This document shows positions 21,982 to 25,000 of a stretch of 25,000 nucleotides of DNA, one piece after another (the first letter of the stretch is position 1; every line of letters starts with the position of its first letter). Origin of the DNA: Takakia lepidozioides (lineage: Eukaryota > Plantae > Bryophyta). A model generated the notes under the pieces. That model had not been told where the DNA came from and made no database searches. It worked only from the letters and a program-made list of their open reading frames with translations. The position numbers and the translations under genes are program-made. The stretch spans positions 1 to 25,000 of the forward strand of contig JAKLZA010000216.1 of the NCBI GenBank assembly GCA_030704615.1, written 5' to 3'.

Positions 21982-23228
21982 AATGGATTATGATATATGC
22001 AAGCTTTCTTTTACTGATCCAATTGCTTTCTTTGCTACTGCAAAGATGAGGCAGCTATTTTTAAAGAGGGGATACCCAAATTTTATTTCTCTTTTACTAT
22101 TGTATTATTGTGCTTGTGTTTGAATAATGTGGTTTGCCTAGTTAGGCCTATGTGTTACCTGATACATGCTTTTGCTGACTTTAAGGAGGACTTCCTAGAA
22201 TGAGGTAGACTAGAAGGTTTGTTTGTATAGTATAGGTATATGACCAACGCAAAAACATCACCATTGCATATTAGCCAACAAAACTGCAGAATCTAGCAAC
22301 CCCAACCCTAATTGAGTTCCCAAAACATGGGCCAATATGTGAGTCCATATGGAATTGGAACAGAGGAGGCCATGCTTGGGTGCAGAGATTAGGGAATGGA
22401 TATTCCTCCATGCTACAAGCACCAGGAGCAACTTGATTCATTCTTGCAGTATATGGGTTTTTGATTATTCAACTTATCAGTGATGGGTGCAATATAGGGT
22501 GGGTTTGCAGGCACACTCGCAGCCTATGACTGAAATTCTCAACAGACTTAGCCGGTTTGGCGAGTTTGAGGTTGCCTCTTTTTTTTTCTCTCTCTTTATT
22601 CCTTTGTGCAATGCTTGAACTGCCCGGAATTTGGCCAGGGTGTGCTAGGGGTAGGTGGGTAGATATTGTCTGGTTGAATTTTCCAAATTACAAATTTTCC
22701 GCAAACTCCAATCTTTTTATTGTGCAAGGGTCATTGTTTTTGGAAAAGTCAATAGATCCCAAGGGCACATAGGGGTTAAAGATAATATCTCCTAATAACA
22801 TTTCATATTACAAATATGAAAAAAATGATATTAACTTAATGCTAGAATATTAAAACCAAACTTCATCTTGTGTGCCGCCATAGCCCATAAATGAAAGGGG
22901 GTTATTTTTCCCCCTCCTCAAGTGTGGGCTGTCGCTCCCAGGTGAAGGAAGCTGGCGTGTGAGCAGATCTCTTAAGCGTAAGCAGATTTCTTAAGCGTGA
23001 GCACATAAGGGAAGCGAAGACTATAGCCGTGGGGAAAGCAGGACCTATTGTCGTGGGGGCAATTTGAGTGGAACGGAGGGTAACATACGATGCCTGGGAC
23101 CTAAGACGCCGAGTTCCATGCATGAAAATTTGAGAGGAATGTGTGGCGAGATTCTTAAGGATTAATGGCTATGTGGAATGGATGAATGTAGGATGGATGC
23201 ATGATGACAAAAGATAGATGAATGAACC

Positions 23229-23668
23229 AATCAACCTTGTGTCAACACGAGGTTGATTTCCGGGAACTTGAAATCAACCTGGTGTTAACACGAGGTTGAT
23301 TTCCGAGTAGATGTGGATGATTTATTTTTATTTTTATTTTTATTTTTTTGGGTGATGCAAATCAACCTTGCATCAATGCAAGTTGATTTGAGAAATGAAA
23401 GCATCCTTTTTCAAAAAAATAAAAATCGCAGGATGCAAATCAACCTTGCGTTGACGCAACCTTGATTTGAGAAATGAAAGCATCATTTTTGCACTGTTTT
23501 TTGCATTTTGTATGGGACACAATCAAGGTTGCGTTAACGCAACCTTGATTATGCTATGCATTTCAATCGCCTCTTTCGGGAAATAAATCTTCGTCTTGCT
23601 TAGTGTTTCGTGTCTTCGAGTCTTTTGGGAAGTTTAGGGATCAACCTTACATCAACGCGACATTGATT
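23229..23668. repeat. Array of six ~30-bp palindromic repeats (AATCAAxxTTGxGTxAACxCxAxxTTGATT) with variable spacers
   Basis: Units at 23229-23258, 23272-23301, 23360-23388, 23438-23467, 23521-23550 (perfect 30-bp palindrome) and 23640-23668. Spacers are about 13, 58, 49, 53 and 89 bp. Confidence 0.9.
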
Positions 23669-25000
23669 ACAAGGGGGTTTAATGGGAATTAACAAGCACC
23701 TGTTGCATCTGTGTTTTCTGAATGTATGGTTCAGGTACATCTACCATATCCTCATCCCGGGGAAGTACCTGAGCGATGACCCTCGATAATACATCCAATC
23801 TTTAACCATCCACTCATCCATTGTTCATGCATTGCGAAGCATATGTCTATCCTTCAGCCATCTCGCATTCAACCATTCATGAACTATTCATCCATCATTC
23901 ATCCAACATTCATCCAAGTACGCATGATATGTACACTCATTCCCACGGAAATAGGTCTCCCGGGGCTTCCTCATCCGCGATTGTAGGCATGCACCCTATT
24001 ACGTGAGCATCTTTTCGCTCACGGATTGGTATCTTCCTGCTCACGTATCTTTCCGCTCACGTGAGCCTCTCATAGACTAACAATCCCCCTCCCAACCAAA
24101 CACTGCATCCCCCAATTTTCTTTGTTCCACTAAATGTATATATATAAAGAACTGGGAACTGTGAGGCTAGATTCCGGGGCCGTCGGATTATTCCTCTGTA
24201 TCCCGAGAAATTACCTGCACTGGGGTTGTATGCCTTGTAGAGCAGAGCACGCCAACTAGGTGGGAATCTTCCAATAACTTAACACAAAGAGCCACTTTTC
24301 ATCCAACACAAGTACACCAAATGAGATCCAAAATCCACCACCCCGTTCTCTTGAGTGCTTTGATTTATATAGTACCTAAGCAAGTAATCTTATCTAGGCC
24401 AAACGGCTGCCTTCTATTGGTTAGCCAAATGCCATCCTAGCTGGACCACACAAGCCTGCCACATCCTCTAATCTTATCCTAATCTAATTGTTAACTAAAG
24501 ACAACATCAACTTAATATAGCTAGCTATACCAACGTCTAATGCGTAATGGCTACTCCACCTACATCCAGCTAAGATTAACTGAGAGCCTCATCATATGTC
24601 ATCGTTAGCCTGAATGAGCATCACCATCCTGCTCCATCCACGATACCATTCATCCATGCCCAAAAGCCAGCAGATGGGAATCAAACCCTTACATATGTGA
24701 GGCTTGTTGGCCCCACTAACTAAGCGAGCTCCAGCGAGTTATCAAGAAAAAGTGAACAAGGGATCTATAACAAAATTAAGCAAAAACTAGGCATCCGATC
24801 AAGCTTGGGATGAAAAAACCAAATGAACAAAACCTTGCCCTGCAAGGTGGGCGAAGGACAAAGGATTAAAGTGGAAAAACCCCAAGCCTGGTACAATCTG
24901 ATGCCATCTCTAGCACAAAACAACAAACAAAGGCTAACTATGGCTCAGATTCGATAGATTGCAGGCGGGAGAGAGCAGCCCTAGTTGGAGTATAAATCAC

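Noticed and set aside
23229-23668. CRISPR array
   Set aside because: The context is eukaryotic and intron-containing with no cas-like ORFs. Spacers range from about 13 to 89 bp, repeats are divergent, and the sequence after units 3 and 4 is duplicated (GAGAAATGAAAGCATC).
24160-25000. LTR of a retrotransposon on the minus strand (TG start, reverse TATA near 24362-24372)
   Set aside because: No second LTR, PBS, PPT, TSD or gag/pol sequence is visible in the window, so it cannot be supported.

Overview
This is eukaryotic nuclear DNA with GT-AG introns, most consistent with a seed-free land plant that has flagellated sperm (bryophyte, lycophyte or fern). The evidence is a PLS-class PPR gene plus an intact SSNA1/DIP13 gene. 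The window is mostly decayed genes and transposon remnants. In order: a small TIR element (483-675); Crinkler-like NTPase/REase and kinase remnants (845-2310); a frameshifted plant F-box gene (4723-5861); an intron-containing MCM8 fragment (6233-8268); an unidentified minus-strand gene remnant with a duplicated, partly inverted segment (8943-9923); a 4-exon pseudogene that splices an OSB-type PDF ssDNA-binding motif in frame to a PLS-E(/DYW) PPR array (10197-13383); a non-LTR retrotransposon fragment with RNase H, Zn knuckle and restriction-like endonuclease (Dualen/RandI-like, ~14480-16246); an intact 3-exon SSNA1 gene that the ORF track only partly recovers (17676-20056); a piggyBac transposase pseudogene (21044-21981); and six ~30-bp palindromes inside degenerate inverted flanks (22955-24065). 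The best candidate for an under-described system is the PDF-PPR fusion. All family calls come from manual translation and motif recognition; no database searches were run.
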